Below are positions 20,279-31,302 of a stretch of DNA of 41,530 bases, in pieces. Made by a program: the position numbers and the translations under genes. Origin of the DNA: an uncultured Woeseiaceae bacterium (GTDB taxonomy: Bacteria > Pseudomonadota > Gammaproteobacteria > Steroidobacterales > PWYM01). The DNA lies in NCBI GenBank assembly GCA_964384925.1, contig CAYLNP010000004.1:1-41530 (forward strand), in the 5' to 3' direction. The notes beneath the pieces are model-generated. The model saw only the letters and a program-made list of their open reading frames with translations. It did no database searches and was not told where the DNA came from. Each line of letters begins with the position of its first letter. Positions within the stretch are counted from its first letter, which is position 1.

Positions 20279-21387
20279 GCGGCACCCAGGCAGCCGAAGA
20301 TGCGCGCTGGATGGGACGTGCGATCGCCCTGGCCCGGCGCGGACTTGCCAGCACCGACCCGAATCCACGGGTGGGCTGTGTGATCGTGCGTGATGGCCGT
20401 GTCGCGGGTGAAGGCTGGCATCGCCGTGCAGGCGAGCCGCATGCCGAGCCGCTGGCCCTTGCAGCCGCGGGTGCCGAAGCGCGCGGCGCCACCGTCTATG
20501 TGTCACTTGAACCCTGCACACACCACGGACGCACACCCCCGTGCGTCGAGGCGCTGATCGGCGCGGGGGTCGCGCGCGTGGTCTATGCCGCAGATGATCC
20601 CGATCCAAGGGTGGCCGGGCGCAGTGCCGCGGTGCTGCGGGCGGCCGGTATCGAGGTGACCTCCGGCGTGCTCGAGGCGCAGGCCACGAACCTGAATGCC
20701 GGTTTCATGCAACGCATGCGCACCGGACTGCCACGCGTCACCGTCAAGCTGGCGGCCAGCCTGGATGGACGCACCGCGATGGCCAACGGTGAGAGTCAAT
20801 GGATCACCGGGGTGGCGGCGCGCGAGGATGTGCAGCGGCTGCGTGCGTGCAGCGGCGCCGTGCTGACGGGCATTGGCACGCTGCTGGCCGATGATCCGCG
20901 CCTGGATGTGCGCCGCGACGACCTCGTCGTCGATTGTCTGCAACCGTGGCGTGCCGTGGTCGACAGCGAACTGGTCACACCGCCGGACGCGCTAATCCTC
21001 GGCGACGATGCGCGGGGCGTGATCTTCACGACGCAGCCTGACGATGCGCCCGCCGCGCAGGCACTGTCCCGGCGCGGCGCGCGGCTGGAACATGTGGCTG
21101 CGACGGCCGACGGGCGATGCGATCTGCAGTCCGTGTTGCGACGCCTCGGCGAGCTGGGTGCCAACGATGTGCTGGTGGAAGCCGGACCACGACTCGTGGG
21201 GGCGTTGGTGCACGCCGGACTCGTCGATGTCTGGGTGGTCTACCTCGCCCCAAGGCTGCTCGGGGATCTCGCTCGCGGTATGCTGACGCTACCCGGGCTG
21301 GACCGACTGGCGGATACGCCGCAATTACAATGGCAGGACTGTCGTCGGGTCGGTGAGGATCTGCGCCTGACGCTGGCACCTGCCTGA
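20275..21387 (+). CDS. ribD: Bifunctional riboflavin deaminase/reductase RibD
   Basis: [36 protein letters not shown] and ESQWITG motifs. Confidence 0.97.
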   Translation: MSGTQAAEDARWMGRAIALARRGLASTDPNPRVGCVIVRDGRVAGEGWHRRAGEPHAEPLALAAAGAEARGATVYVSLEPCTHHGRTPPCVEALIGAGVARVVYAADDPDPRVAGRSAAVLRAAGIEVTSGVLEAQATNLNAGFMQRMRTGLPRVTVKLAASLDGRTAMANGESQWITGVAAREDVQRLRACSGAVLTGIGTLLADDPRLDVRRDDLVVDCLQPWRAVVDSELVTPPDALILGDDARGVIFTTQPDDAPAAQALSRRGARLEHVAATADGRCDLQSVLRRLGELGANDVLVEAGPRLVGALVHAGLVDVWVVYLAPRLLGDLARGMLTLPGLDRLADTPQLQWQDCRRVGEDLRLTLAPA

Positions 21388-21420
21388 CGCCACCCGCAGA
21401 TACGCGAGGATTCCTGTCAC

Positions 21421-22080
21421 ATGTTCACCGGCATTATCGAGGCGATCGGCAGCGTGCATTCAGCATCGCCGCGCGATGGCGATGTTCGCCTGCAGCTTGC
21501 CTGTGCCGGGCTGGACCTTCACGGTGCGCGTGCCGGCGACAGCATCGCCGTCAACGGCGCCTGCCTGACGGCCGTCTCGCTCACCTCCGACGGCTTCGCT
21601 GCGGACGTGTCGCGCGAAACGCTTGCCATGACGACGCTTGCGGACCTGACCGCCGGCAGTCCCGTCAACCTCGAAACCGCCCTGAAGGCGGGTCAGCCTC
21701 TGGGCGGTCATCTCGTCAGCGGCCACGTCGACGGGATCGGCGAGGTGGTATCGGTGACCAGGGACGCGCGTTCCTGGCGCCTGGTGTTCGCAGCGCCAAC
21801 GCAGCTTGCCCGCTACATCGCACGCAAAGGCTCCATCTGCATCGATGGCGTCAGCCTGACGGTCAACGAGGTCGAAGGCACACGCTTCGGCGTCAACATC
21901 GTCCCGCACACCTGGCAGGCAACGACCATCTCGGGCTATCGCGCCGGCACGCGCGTCAATCTCGAGGTCGATCAGCTGGCACGCTATCTCGAACGACTGC
22001 TCGAGGTTGCCGCGGACGGCGGCAATCCCCTGAACGAGGAACGGCTACGGAGACTCGGCTATGGCCCGGCAAGTGACTGA
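21421..22080 (+). CDS. ribE: Riboflavin synthase (alpha chain; ribC in E. coli nomenclature)
   Basis: MFTGII, GDSIAVNGACLT, GGHLVSGHVDG and KGSICIDGVSLTVN. Confidence 0.97.
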   Translation: MFTGIIEAIGSVHSASPRDGDVRLQLACAGLDLHGARAGDSIAVNGACLTAVSLTSDGFAADVSRETLAMTTLADLTAGSPVNLETALKAGQPLGGHLVSGHVDGIGEVVSVTRDARSWRLVFAAPTQLARYIARKGSICIDGVSLTVNEVEGTRFGVNIVPHTWQATTISGYRAGTRVNLEVDQLARYLERLLEVAADGGNPLNEERLRRLGYGPASD

Positions 22081-23209
22081 CATCGGCGGGGACGCCTCGC
22101 GCGGCCTCGACAGTATCGAGGACATCATCGCGGATCTCGCCGCCGGGCGCATGGTCGTGATGATGGACGATGAAGATCGCGAGAACGAGGGCGATCTGGT
22201 CATGGCGGCCGCGCACGTAAGACCCGAAGACGTCAACTTCATGGCGCGCTACGGCCGCGGACTGATCTGCCTGACGCTGACGCGCGAGCGCTGCCAGCAG
22301 CTGCGTCTGCCGTTGATGGTGCGCGATACGGACTACCACCAGACGACAAATTTCACCGTGTCGATCGAGGCCGCCGAGGGCATTACCACGGGTATCTCCG
22401 CCCACGATCGCGCGCGCACCGTACAGGCCGCCGTGGCCGACGCAGCGCGCCCGGAAGATTTGCGTCAGCCAGGCCATGTTTTTCCGCTCATGGCCCAGCC
22501 CGGCGGCGTGCTGACCCGCGCCGGGCATACCGAGGCAGGCTGTGATCTGGCGCGACTGGCCGGACTTTCGCCGGCGGCGGTGATCGTTGAGATACTCAAC
22601 GACGATGGCACGATGGCGCGCCGGCCTCAGCTTGAGGTGTTTGCGCGCCGCCATCGCCTGCGCATGGGCACCATCGCCGATCTGATCCGCTACCGGCTTG
22701 AAAAAGAGGAGTCGGTCGAGCGCATCAGCGAACAGCGCATCGAAACGCAGTTTGGTGCGTTCTCGATGTTCTGCTTCGAAGACCATGTCAATCGCAACGT
22801 CCACATCGCCCTGACGCGAGGCGAGCTCACGCCCGAGGAACCCGTGCTGGTGCGCGTACATGTCACCGACACGCTCGGGGATATCATCGGCGTGCAAAGC
22901 CCCCGGCTGGGCTGGCCGCTGCGCGACGCCATCCGCCGCATCGCCGAGGAGCCCGCCGGCGTGGTCGTGGTGTTGCGCAATCCGGAGAGCCCGCGCGAGC
23001 TCATGGGTACGGTCGCCTCGCTGGCCGGGGAGCGCGCCGAAACCGATTCGCGTCGCGATCGTGGCGAGGTGCTGCGCACCTACGGCACCGGGGCGCAGAT
23101 CCTGCGCAACCTCGGAGTGCGGCGCATGCGCGTGCTCTCCGCGCCCAAGCAGATGCACGGCATTTCGGGGTTCGGTCTCGAGGTCGTCGAGTACGTCGAG
23201 TCGGATTAG
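22061..23209 (+). CDS. ribB: 3,4-dihydroxy-2-butanone-4-phosphate synthase fused to a degenerate GTP cyclohydrolase II domain (RibBX type)
   Basis: [18 protein letters not shown] and [11 protein letters not shown]. The C-terminal domain reads [11 protein letters not shown] and lacks the Zn-binding cysteines. Alternative GTG start at 22073. Confidence 0.93.
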   Translation: MARQVTDIGGDASRGLDSIEDIIADLAAGRMVVMMDDEDRENEGDLVMAAAHVRPEDVNFMARYGRGLICLTLTRERCQQLRLPLMVRDTDYHQTTNFTVSIEAAEGITTGISAHDRARTVQAAVADAARPEDLRQPGHVFPLMAQPGGVLTRAGHTEAGCDLARLAGLSPAAVIVEILNDDGTMARRPQLEVFARRHRLRMGTIADLIRYRLEKEESVERISEQRIETQFGAFSMFCFEDHVNRNVHIALTRGELTPEEPVLVRVHVTDTLGDIIGVQSPRLGWPLRDAIRRIAEEPAGVVVVLRNPESPRELMGTVASLAGERAETDSRRDRGEVLRTYGTGAQILRNLGVRRMRVLSAPKQMHGISGFGLEVVEYVESD

Positions 23210-23319
23210 CCGGCCGCCCCAGGCGGGGACGGCCGGGCGACAATGCGCACCGGGTTCACGCGCCCGGGCAGGTGGCATGCGATAATGCCCCGGTAATTCC
23301 GGAAATCCAGGATCCGCAG

Positions 23320-23796
<477 letters not shown>

Positions 23797-23807
23797 GGGC
23801 TCGCCCG

Positions 23808-24260
23808 ATGACCTCCCTACGAGCCGCCGGGCTGAAGGCCCGCAGGCGCGCCCGCGAATTTCTGATCCAGGCGCTGTATCAGCACCAGATGACCGGTCAC
23901 GATGTGGCGGAACTGCGTCGGCAGTTCACCGAGCGCGACAACTTCGCAGCCTCCGATCAGCAGTACTTCGACGCCGTACTCGGAGGGGTGATTGAGCGAC
24001 AGGACAGCCTCAACCAGCAGATTGCGCTGCACGCGGCGCGCGGCGAGGACCAGCTCGACCCGGTGGCCCGTGCGATCCTCTGGATAGGCCTGTTCGAACT
24101 CGCCGAACGGCCCGATGTGCCGCACCGTGTCGCCATCAATGAGGCGGTGGAACTGAGCAAGCGCTTCGGTACCACGGACAGTCATCGCTTCGTCAATGCG
24201 CTGCTCGATCGCGCCCGTCGCGAGGAGCAGGCACCCACCGGGCCGCAGTCGGACGCCTGA
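23808..24260 (+). CDS. nusB: Transcription antitermination factor NusB
   Basis: ARRRAREFLIQALYQ, VAINEAVELSKRFG and FVNALLD. ATG at 23808. Confidence 0.96.
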   Translation: MTSLRAAGLKARRRAREFLIQALYQHQMTGHDVAELRRQFTERDNFAASDQQYFDAVLGGVIERQDSLNQQIALHAARGEDQLDPVARAILWIGLFELAERPDVPHRVAINEAVELSKRFGTTDSHRFVNALLDRARREEQAPTGPQSDA

Positions 24261-25210
24261 TGGACACCCCTGCAGAGTTCGCGTTGATCCGTCGCTGGCT
24301 GGCCGGCATGGATCAGGGCCAGGGCGTGGTGCTGGGGGTCGGTGACGATGCCGCGGTGCTTGCGCCGCCGCCGGACCGCCAGCTGGTGATGACCGTCGAC
24401 ACCGTGGTCAGCGGGACGCATTTTCCTGAGGGCGCCGATGCCGCCGACATCGGTCATCGGGCGCTGGCGGTGAGCCTCAGCGACCTGGCCGCGATGGGCG
24501 CCACACCGCTTTGGGCCTTGCTGGCGCTGACACTGCCAACCCCTGATGAAGCCTGGCTGGAAGGCTTTGTCGCCGGGTTCAGGCCGCTAGCGCAGACTCA
24601 TGGCGTGGCCCTTGTCGGCGGGAATCTGAGTCGTGGCCCGCTGATGGCCAGCGTGCAGCTGACCGGGCACGTACCTGTCGGACGATGGCTTTCGCGCGGC
24701 GGTGCGCGCCCAGGCCACCTGCTGCTGGTCAGCGGCACCCCGGGCGATGCCGCAGGCGGTCTGGCCCTTTGGCAGACAGCTTCGAGCCCCCATCGCGACG
24801 CGCTGCTCGCACGCTATCTGCGCCCGAGTGCGCGGGTGGCGATGGGCATGGCGGCTCTTGACGTGGCCGCGGCGGCGATCGATATCTCCGACGGTCTGCT
24901 CGATGATCTCGGCCACCTCTGCCAGGCCAGTGAGTGCGGTGCAGATATACAGACCGAGGCCCTGCCGCTCTCGCAGGCTATGCTTGCGTGCTTTGGCCGC
25001 GAACGTGCGATCGCCATGGCGCTGCGCGGCAGTGATGACTATGAGCTTCTGCTGGCCTGCGACCCTGAATCACTGCCTGCCCTGCTGAACGCGGCAAGCG
25101 GTGCTTCGTGTCCGCTGAGCGTGATCGGGCGCTTCGAGGCCGCGCCCGGTATCCGCATCGATGGGCGTGCATCCGCCAATACAGGCTCAGACGGCTTTCG
25201 CCACTTCTGA
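24260..25210 (+). CDS. thiL: Thiamine-monophosphate kinase
   Basis: EFALIRR, GVGDDAA, SLSDLAAMGA, IDISDGL and GSDDYEL motifs. Confidence 0.95.
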   Translation: MDTPAEFALIRRWLAGMDQGQGVVLGVGDDAAVLAPPPDRQLVMTVDTVVSGTHFPEGADAADIGHRALAVSLSDLAAMGATPLWALLALTLPTPDEAWLEGFVAGFRPLAQTHGVALVGGNLSRGPLMASVQLTGHVPVGRWLSRGGARPGHLLLVSGTPGDAAGGLALWQTASSPHRDALLARYLRPSARVAMGMAALDVAAAAIDISDGLLDDLGHLCQASECGADIQTEALPLSQAMLACFGRERAIAMALRGSDDYELLLACDPESLPALLNAASGASCPLSVIGRFEAAPGIRIDGRASANTGSDGFRHF

Positions 25211-25223
25211 TGAGGGCTTTTTC

Positions 25224-25718
25224 GTGAACCACAGCCGGCCAGTGACCTTCAGCGAATTCGTGCGGGCGCCGGTGCACTGGCTCGCGCTGGGCTTCGGTAC
25301 GGGTCTGGCGCGGCGTGCACCCGGGACCTTCGGCACGCTCGTGGCCGTGCCGCTGCACCTGCTGCTGATGATGCTGCCCTGGGGCGTGCATGGTGCTGTG
25401 CTGGTGCTCGGCGGCGTGCTCGGCGTCTGGATCTGCGGCGAAAGTGCGCGAAAACTCGGTGTGCACGACCATTCCGCCATCGTCTGGGACGAGATCGTCG
25501 CGTTCGGCCTGCTGCTGTGGGCATTGCCGGTGCAGTCACCTGCCTGGTGGCTGGCCGCCTTCCTGCTTTTTCGCCTGTTCGACATCTGGAAGCCCTGGCC
25601 GATACGCGATCTGGATCACAGACTCCAGGGCGGGACGGGAATTATGCTCGATGACATCGTGGCGGCGCTGTTTGCATGGGTGGTGCTGCTGGCTTCGACT
25701 CTCATCGTCAACCAATAA
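25224..25718 (+). CDS. pgpA: Phosphatidylglycerophosphatase A
   Basis: GFGTGL..APGTFGTL, HDHSAIVWDEIV, FRLFDIWKPWPI and GIMLDDIVA. GTG start at 25224. Confidence 0.95.
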   Translation: MNHSRPVTFSEFVRAPVHWLALGFGTGLARRAPGTFGTLVAVPLHLLLMMLPWGVHGAVLVLGGVLGVWICGESARKLGVHDHSAIVWDEIVAFGLLLWALPVQSPAWWLAAFLLFRLFDIWKPWPIRDLDHRLQGGTGIMLDDIVAALFAWVVLLASTLIVNQ

Positions 25719-25729
25719 CCGGCGGCTAC

Positions 25730-27034
25730 ATGGCGCAACCGACCCTGGCGAATGCCGTCTGTGCGGACGTTCCGGACAAGATCGGCAAGTACGTCATCAT
25801 CAACGAGGTCGGCCAGGGCAGCACAGGGCGTGTGTTTCTCTCGCACGATCCCTACTACGGGCGCGATGTCGCGATCAAGCTCTATCATGTCGAGACAGAG
25901 TTTGATGAATCCCGCGCGCGCATAGCGCGCAAGATGTTCTTCAACGAAGCCCACATGGTGGGCAAGCTGCAGCATCCGAACATTCTGCCAATCTTCGATG
26001 CAGGCGAGGAGCACGGCAAGTACTACGTCGTCACAGAGCACATCCACGGTGCACGCACGCTGTCAGCGTACTGCCGGCCGGACAATCTGCTGCCGGTGGA
26101 CGACGTGATCGAAATCGTCTTCAAGTGCGCACGTGCGCTGAACTATGCACATTCGCGCGGCGTCATCCACCGCGATATCAAGCCCAGCAACATCATGCTC
26201 ACGCTCGACAACGACGTGCGCATCATCGATTTCGGTATCGCGCTGGTCAAGGATTCGGACATCTCGCGTATCGAGGGCATTGCCGGCTCTCCAAGCTACA
26301 TGTCGCCCGAGCAGGTCCAGTCGGAAGATCTCACCGAGCGCTCCGATCTGTACTCACTTGGCGCTGTGGCCTACGAACTGCTGACCGGCTACCGTCCGTT
26401 TCGCGGCAACAATCTCTCCAAACTGCTGCATCAGATCGTCTATGCCTCGCCGCCGCCGATTCATACCCTGCGCAAGGATATCGCCGAGGAACTCGAGGCG
26501 GTGGTCATGGTGGCCCTGCAGAAGAATCCAGCCAAGCGCCACGCCAGCGGGATGGAGTTTGCGGCGGCGCTGACGCGGGTTTACCAGCAGCTGCGCCGAC
26601 GCAGCGACCGCATCGATCGACAGGAGCAGTTCGATGTGATGCGCCGTCTCAAGTTCTTCCACGATTTTTCGCACGAGGAAATCTGGGAAGTGCTGCGCGC
26701 AAGCGCCTGGCAGAGTTATCAGCCCGGCGAGGAGATCGTCCGCGAAGGCGACATGGACGAGCGCTTCTACATGATCGTCTCGGGGACGGTCAGCGTGATG
26801 ACCGGCGGCCGTCGGGTCGGTCAGCTCTCCAGCGGAGACTGCTTCGGCGAATCGAGCTATGTGCGCGGCGCCCGGCGCAGTGCCAGCATCCAGGCCGCCG
26901 AGGAGCCCGTGACGCTCATCCGTGTGAGTGCGACGATGCTCGAGCAGGCCTCGTCTGCCTGTCAGCTGAGATTCAACAAGGTTTTCCTGAGGGCGCTGAT
27001 CGAGCGTCTTCAGTCGGTCGGCAAGTCGACTTAA
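25730..27034 (+). CDS. Ser/Thr protein kinase with a C-terminal cyclic-nucleotide-binding domain
   Basis: VGQGSTGRVF, VAIK, HRDIKPSN, DFG and GSPSYMSPEQ, then IVREGD...FYMIVSG...FGE...RRSASI. ATG at 25730. Confidence 0.92.
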   Translation: MAQPTLANAVCADVPDKIGKYVIINEVGQGSTGRVFLSHDPYYGRDVAIKLYHVETEFDESRARIARKMFFNEAHMVGKLQHPNILPIFDAGEEHGKYYVVTEHIHGARTLSAYCRPDNLLPVDDVIEIVFKCARALNYAHSRGVIHRDIKPSNIMLTLDNDVRIIDFGIALVKDSDISRIEGIAGSPSYMSPEQVQSEDLTERSDLYSLGAVAYELLTGYRPFRGNNLSKLLHQIVYASPPPIHTLRKDIAEELEAVVMVALQKNPAKRHASGMEFAAALTRVYQQLRRRSDRIDRQEQFDVMRRLKFFHDFSHEEIWEVLRASAWQSYQPGEEIVREGDMDERFYMIVSGTVSVMTGGRRVGQLSSGDCFGESSYVRGARRSASIQAAEEPVTLIRVSATMLEQASSACQLRFNKVFLRALIERLQSVGKST

Positions 27035-27039
27035 GACTG

Positions 27040-27864
27040 CTAAGCCTGAGGCTGATCCTTGTCCCGAGCCAGCTGCGCCCACGCCGAGTGGTTGTGGATG
27101 GACTCAAAATTCTCGCAGCTGACCTGATAGGCACGGATCCGCTCATCGGCGTTGAGCTCGATGGCCAGGTCGCGAATCATGTCCTCGACGAACTTCGGAT
27201 TGTCGTAGGCGCGCTCGGTAATGTGCTTCTCGTCCGTGCGCTTGAGTACGCCGTAGACCTCGGAGGAGGCCGTGCGCTCGGCGATCTCGATGAGCTCTTC
27301 GAGCCAGATGATGTCTTCGACACGGGCTTCGATGGTGATCTCGGAGCGCTGGTTGTGCGCGCCATATTCGGATATGCGCTTGGAGCATGGGCACAGGCTG
27401 GTGGCCGGTGCCGCAACGCGCAACCAGACTTCGTTGTGCCCCTGCCGGCGACGGCCGATGAACGCGGCACGGTAATCCATCAGACTGGCAACGCCTGATA
27501 TCGGGGCGAGCTTGCGCCGGAAATACGGGAAGCTGATCTCGATGTCGCCGTCGCGGGCGTCGAGTCGCTCGGTCATGGCCTCGAGCAGGTGGCGGAAGCT
27601 GTGCACCGAGAGCGCCTCGGTGTGCTCATTGATGAGTTCGACGAAGCGCGACATGTGCGCGCCCTTGCTGTCGTGCGCAAGCGCCACGGTCATGGTCAGT
27701 TCGGCCACGGTGGCCTGCCGGTGCCCGGATCGGTCCTCGATCTGCAGCGGGTGACGCAGTGCGCGCACACCGACCTGATCGATGGCGATTCGACGGGGGT
27801 CGGCTTCGCCCTGGACGTCGGCGGGACCGTCCTGTGCGGGGCCTGCCCGGTGAATCTGCTTCAT
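27040..27864 (-). CDS. folE2: GTP cyclohydrolase IB
   Basis: IDQVGV, KGAHMSRF, TSLCPCSK, GAHNQRS, LKRTDEK and ESIHNHSA motifs. Confidence 0.96.
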   Translation of the reverse strand: MKQIHRAGPAQDGPADVQGEADPRRIAIDQVGVRALRHPLQIEDRSGHRQATVAELTMTVALAHDSKGAHMSRFVELINEHTEALSVHSFRHLLEAMTERLDARDGDIEISFPYFRRKLAPISGVASLMDYRAAFIGRRRQGHNEVWLRVAAPATSLCPCSKRISEYGAHNQRSEITIEARVEDIIWLEELIEIAERTASSEVYGVLKRTDEKHITERAYDNPKFVEDMIRDLAIELNADERIRAYQVSCENFESIHNHSAWAQLARDKDQPQA

Positions 27865-27899
27865 GTCGCTTCCCTGCTCAAGTGCACCTGTGGACCGGA

Positions 27900-27905
27900 A
27901 TTATA
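27900..27905 (-). promoter_or_regulatory. Consensus -10 hexamer between dxs and folE2 (internal promoter)
   Basis: Perfect TATAAT on the minus strand 36 nt upstream of the folE2 ATG in otherwise GC-rich DNA; no good -35. Confidence 0.45.
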
Positions 27906-27938
27906 GACCAGCCTGTCGCCGGGCCACGCCGACGGCGT

Positions 27939-29831
27939 TCACAGGGCGGGCGAGGCCGGCTTCAGCGCCGCAGGGTGATACCACTCCCGAACCCTGGTCA
28001 GCACGCTGTCCGCGTCCAGACCGGCGTCGCGCAGGTTGTCATCGCGCGAGCCATGCTCTATGACCGTGTCGGGTATGCCAATGTTCAATACCGGGATCTG
28101 GACTCCGTGGACGGCCAGCAGTTCGTTGACGGCGCTCCCCGCACCGCCGGCCACCGCGTTGTCTTCCAACGTGACGATGACATCGTGATCGGCAGCCATC
28201 GCCAGAATCATGTCCGCGTCCAGCGGTTTGACGAAGCGCATGTTCACGACGCTGCCCCCCAGCGTCCTGGCACACACCTCGGCGGTCGGCACCATCGCGC
28301 CGAATGCCAGCCAGGCGACGCCATGGCCGCGGTGCCGCAGCTCGGCGCGTCCGATCTCAAGGGCGGTCATCGCCTCTTCGATGGCCACGCCGGGCCCCTG
28401 GCCACGCGGATATCGAATCGCGCTCGGACCCTCCAGCGTGTAACCGGTGTAGAGCATCTGACGGCACTCGTTTTCGTCGGCCGGCGCCATGATCACCATG
28501 TTCGGAAGGCAGCGCATGAACGAAAGATCATAGGCGCCCTGATGGGTTGCCCCGTCGCTGCCGACCAGTCCGGCGCGATCGATCGCAAAGACCACGGGCA
28601 GATTCTGGATCGCGACATCATGGACCAGCTGGTCGTAACCACGCTGCAAAAACGATGAATAGATCGCCACGACCGGCTTCATGCCACCGCAGGCCAGACC
28701 CGCCGCGAGCGTCACCGCGTGCTGTTCGGCGATGGCCACATCGAAGTACTGCTCCGGAAAGCGACGCTCGAACTCGACCATGCCGGAGCCTTCGCGCATT
28801 GCCGGCGTGATGCCCACGAGGCGCTTGTCAGCTTCGGCCATGTCGCACAGCCAGTGCCCGAAGATCTGCGAATAGGTCGGTGAACCGGGCTTTTTCTTGT
28901 TGATGACGCCGGTCGCAGGGTCGAAAGGACCCGGACCATGCCAGGTGATCGGGTCGAGCTCGGCAGGCTTGTAGCCCTTGCCCTTGCGTGTGACCACGTG
29001 CAGCAGTTGCGGGCCCTTTAGATCCACGACGTTGGTCAGCGTCCTGACCAGCGCGTCGAGATCATGGCCGTCGACGGGGCCGATGTAGTTCAGGCCCATC
29101 TCCTCGAAAATGGTGCCCGGCAGGATCATGCCCTTGGCGAATGCCTCGGAGCGGCGCGCCAGTTCCCATACCGTAGGAATGAGTTCCAGCACCTTCTTGC
29201 TGCCTTCGCGCACATTGGTATAGAGCCTGCCCGAGAGCAGGCGCGCGAGATAATTGGACATCGCGCCGACGTTCGGTGAGATCGACATGTCATTGTCGTT
29301 GAGAATCACCAGCAGATTCACGTGCAGGCTGCCGGCATGGTTGAGCGCTTCGAATGCCATGCCGGCGCTCAGTGCCCCGTCGCCGATCACGGCGGCAACG
29401 TGATGGTCCTGCCCCAGCTTCTGTGCGGCGATGGCATAGCCCAACGCGGCACTGATCGAGGTGCTGGAGTGACCCACGCCGAACGTGTCGTAGGGGCTTT
29501 CGTCGCGCTTCGGAAACGGCGCCAGCCCCCCGTGGCGCTTGATCGTCGGCAGTTCGCGCCGACGGCCGGTCAGCACCTTGTGCGGATAGGCCTGATGGCC
29601 GACGTCCCAGATCAGCTTGTCGCGCGGTGTATCAAGCACATAGTGCAGCGCGCAGGTCAGTTCCACAGTGCCCAGCCCGGCGGCGAAATGCCCGCCCTTG
29701 GCGCTGACCGTATGAATCAGGAACTGGCGCAACTCCGCGGTGACCTGGTGCAGCTGTTCCGGGTCGAGACGCCGCAGATCATCCGGACTCTCGATGGTCG
29801 ACAGCAGTGGATACGGATCGGCTTCGCTCAT
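27939..29831 (-). CDS. dxs: 1-deoxy-D-xylulose-5-phosphate synthase
   Basis: [24 protein letters not shown]...ILNDN, AIAEQHA and [13 protein letters not shown]. Confidence 0.98.
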   Translation of the reverse strand: MSEADPYPLLSTIESPDDLRRLDPEQLHQVTAELRQFLIHTVSAKGGHFAAGLGTVELTCALHYVLDTPRDKLIWDVGHQAYPHKVLTGRRRELPTIKRHGGLAPFPKRDESPYDTFGVGHSSTSISAALGYAIAAQKLGQDHHVAAVIGDGALSAGMAFEALNHAGSLHVNLLVILNDNDMSISPNVGAMSNYLARLLSGRLYTNVREGSKKVLELIPTVWELARRSEAFAKGMILPGTIFEEMGLNYIGPVDGHDLDALVRTLTNVVDLKGPQLLHVVTRKGKGYKPAELDPITWHGPGPFDPATGVINKKKPGSPTYSQIFGHWLCDMAEADKRLVGITPAMREGSGMVEFERRFPEQYFDVAIAEQHAVTLAAGLACGGMKPVVAIYSSFLQRGYDQLVHDVAIQNLPVVFAIDRAGLVGSDGATHQGAYDLSFMRCLPNMVIMAPADENECRQMLYTGYTLEGPSAIRYPRGQGPGVAIEEAMTALEIGRAELRHRGHGVAWLAFGAMVPTAEVCARTLGGSVVNMRFVKPLDADMILAMAADHDVIVTLEDNAVAGGAGSAVNELLAVHGVQIPVLNIGIPDTVIEHGSRDDNLRDAGLDADSVLTRVREWYHPAALKPASPAL

Positions 29832-29881
29832 GGGGTCTCACCCGGCGGCCGCGGCCGCGCGCAGGGTTGCCAGTACGGATG

Positions 29882-29925
29882 TGTCAACATTATGGGACAC
29901 CTCTGGCCCTGACGCCAATATGACA
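29882..29925 (-). promoter_or_regulatory. Putative dxs promoter with a PpsR/CrtJ-like TGTC-N10-GACA palindrome
   Basis: TGTCAACATTATGGGACA at 29882-29899 overlaps a minus-strand CATAAT -10. TTGGCG -35-like hexamer at 29918-29913. A second half-site TGACA lies at 29921-29925. Confidence 0.45.
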
Positions 29926-29949
29926 GCCATGCTGCTTCGCAGCAAAGCC

Positions 29950-30888
29950 TCAATGTCGTCGCTCGATGATGAAGCGCGCGAGCCCCGCAAGGCCCTCGCC
30001 GGCGCGGCCCAGCGGCGTCAGGGCGGCCAGCGCCTCGTCGAGCAGACGCACGGCCTCACGCCGCGCGCCCTCGAGCCCCAGCAGCGCTGGATAGGTGGCT
30101 TTGTGCAGGCGCTCGTCGGCACCCACACGCTTGCCGGTGGTCGTCTCGTCACCCTCGACATCCAGGATGTCGTCGCGTACCTGAAAGGCCAGGCCGATGC
30201 GATCCGCGTAGGTGGACAGTGCGCTGGCCTGACCTTCATCGGCATGTGCAAGATCGGCCATCATCAGCACGCAGGCCTGTATCAACGCACCGGTCTTGCG
30301 ACGATGTACGGCGGCGAGTTCTTCGAGCGACAGGTCCCGCTCCTCGGCCGCAAGGTCCATGGCCTGACCACCGGCCATGCCGTCGATGCCGCTCGCACCG
30401 GCCAGGCGCCCCACCAGCGCAAGTCGCAACTGCGGATCGGCGATCATGCGGTCATCGCCGGCGAGTACCTCAAACGCCAGCACCTGCAGGGCGTCGCCGG
30501 CCAGGATGGCGGTCGCCTCGTCGAATGCGCGGTGACAGGTGGGCCGGCCGCGACGCAGATCGTCGTCGTCCATGGCCGGCAGGTCGTCATGGATCAGCGA
30601 ATAGGCATGGATCATCTCGACTGCGCAGGCAGGCGCATCCAGACGTTCGATGTCGAGCGCCAGCGCCTCACCGGTGAGATAACACAGCACGGGCCGGATG
30701 CGCTTGCCGGGACCCAGAACGCTGTAGCGCATGGCTTCGAGCAGCCGCGCGGGGCGTCCGGGGCGGGTTGCAAGGCACTGCGTCAGCGCCGTGTCCACCC
30801 GCTGTTTCAGAGACGCGATGCGGCCGGCGATATCCAACCTGGCGCCGCCGTCAGTCGTCAGCGTCGAAGGCGACCGGACGGGCGCCAT
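29950..30888 (-). CDS. ispA: Farnesyl/geranyl diphosphate synthase
   Basis: [37 protein letters not shown] and [10 protein letters not shown]. True start uncertain (possibly TTG at 30837). Confidence 0.95.
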   Translation of the reverse strand: MAPVRSPSTLTTDGGARLDIAGRIASLKQRVDTALTQCLATRPGRPARLLEAMRYSVLGPGKRIRPVLCYLTGEALALDIERLDAPACAVEMIHAYSLIHDDLPAMDDDDLRRGRPTCHRAFDEATAILAGDALQVLAFEVLAGDDRMIADPQLRLALVGRLAGASGIDGMAGGQAMDLAAEERDLSLEELAAVHRRKTGALIQACVLMMADLAHADEGQASALSTYADRIGLAFQVRDDILDVEGDETTTGKRVGADERLHKATYPALLGLEGARREAVRLLDEALAALTPLGRAGEGLAGLARFIIERRH

Positions 30889-31129
30889 CAGCGCTGCCGC
30901 TGAGAATCTCGACCTTCTGTTCTGCCTGGCGCAGGGCCTGCTGGCACTCGCGGGTCAGGCGCACGCCCGTCTCGAACGCCTCCAGTGCCTGCTCGAGCGG
31001 CAATTCACCGCCTTCCAGGCGCACTACAAGCGCCTCGAGCGACTCGAGCGAACGCTCGAAATCCACCGCGCTGGCGGCGTCGCCGGGCACGGCGTCCGGG
31101 GTTTCGTTCGGGGCGGTTTTCCGCGGCAT
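30851..31129 (-). CDS. xseB: Exodeoxyribonuclease VII small subunit
   Basis: [51 protein letters not shown]; usual xseB-ispA-dxs order. Confidence 0.95.
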   Translation of the reverse strand: MPRKTAPNETPDAVPGDAASAVDFERSLESLEALVVRLEGGELPLEQALEAFETGVRLTRECQQALRQAEQKVEILSGSADGARPVAFDADD

Positions 31130-31250
31130 GCAGCCTGCTCCAGATGACGTGGGTCGCGCTGGGCACGACGTGCGGCAGCGTTGGGTACGCTACACACGGC
31201 GCGCAGGGCGGTCAACGCGGCGCGCGCACCACAGGGCACAAGGGCAGCGG

Positions 31251-31302
31251 TTGACAAGGCTGGCGCAGGGGTCTAGCTTTCGAGTGGTTAGACTGAGTCT
31301 AA
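31251..31302 (+). promoter_or_regulatory. Sigma70 promoter plus a 7-1-7 Fur-family (PerR/Irr-like) operator for the rubrerythrin operon
   Basis: TTGACA (31251-31256), 17 nt, TAGCTT (31274-31279), then the perfect inverted repeat TTAGACT-G-AGTCTAA (31288-31302) at the expected start site. Confidence 0.72.

Noticed and set aside
21388-23319. FMN riboswitch in the rib operon
   Set aside because: Intergenic gaps are 33 nt, an overlap and 110 nt, with no RFN consensus; the last gap holds only a possible TGcGATAAT promoter.
27040-31129. xseB-ispA-dxs-folE2 order as a novelty
   Set aside because: A known arrangement in many Proteobacteria.
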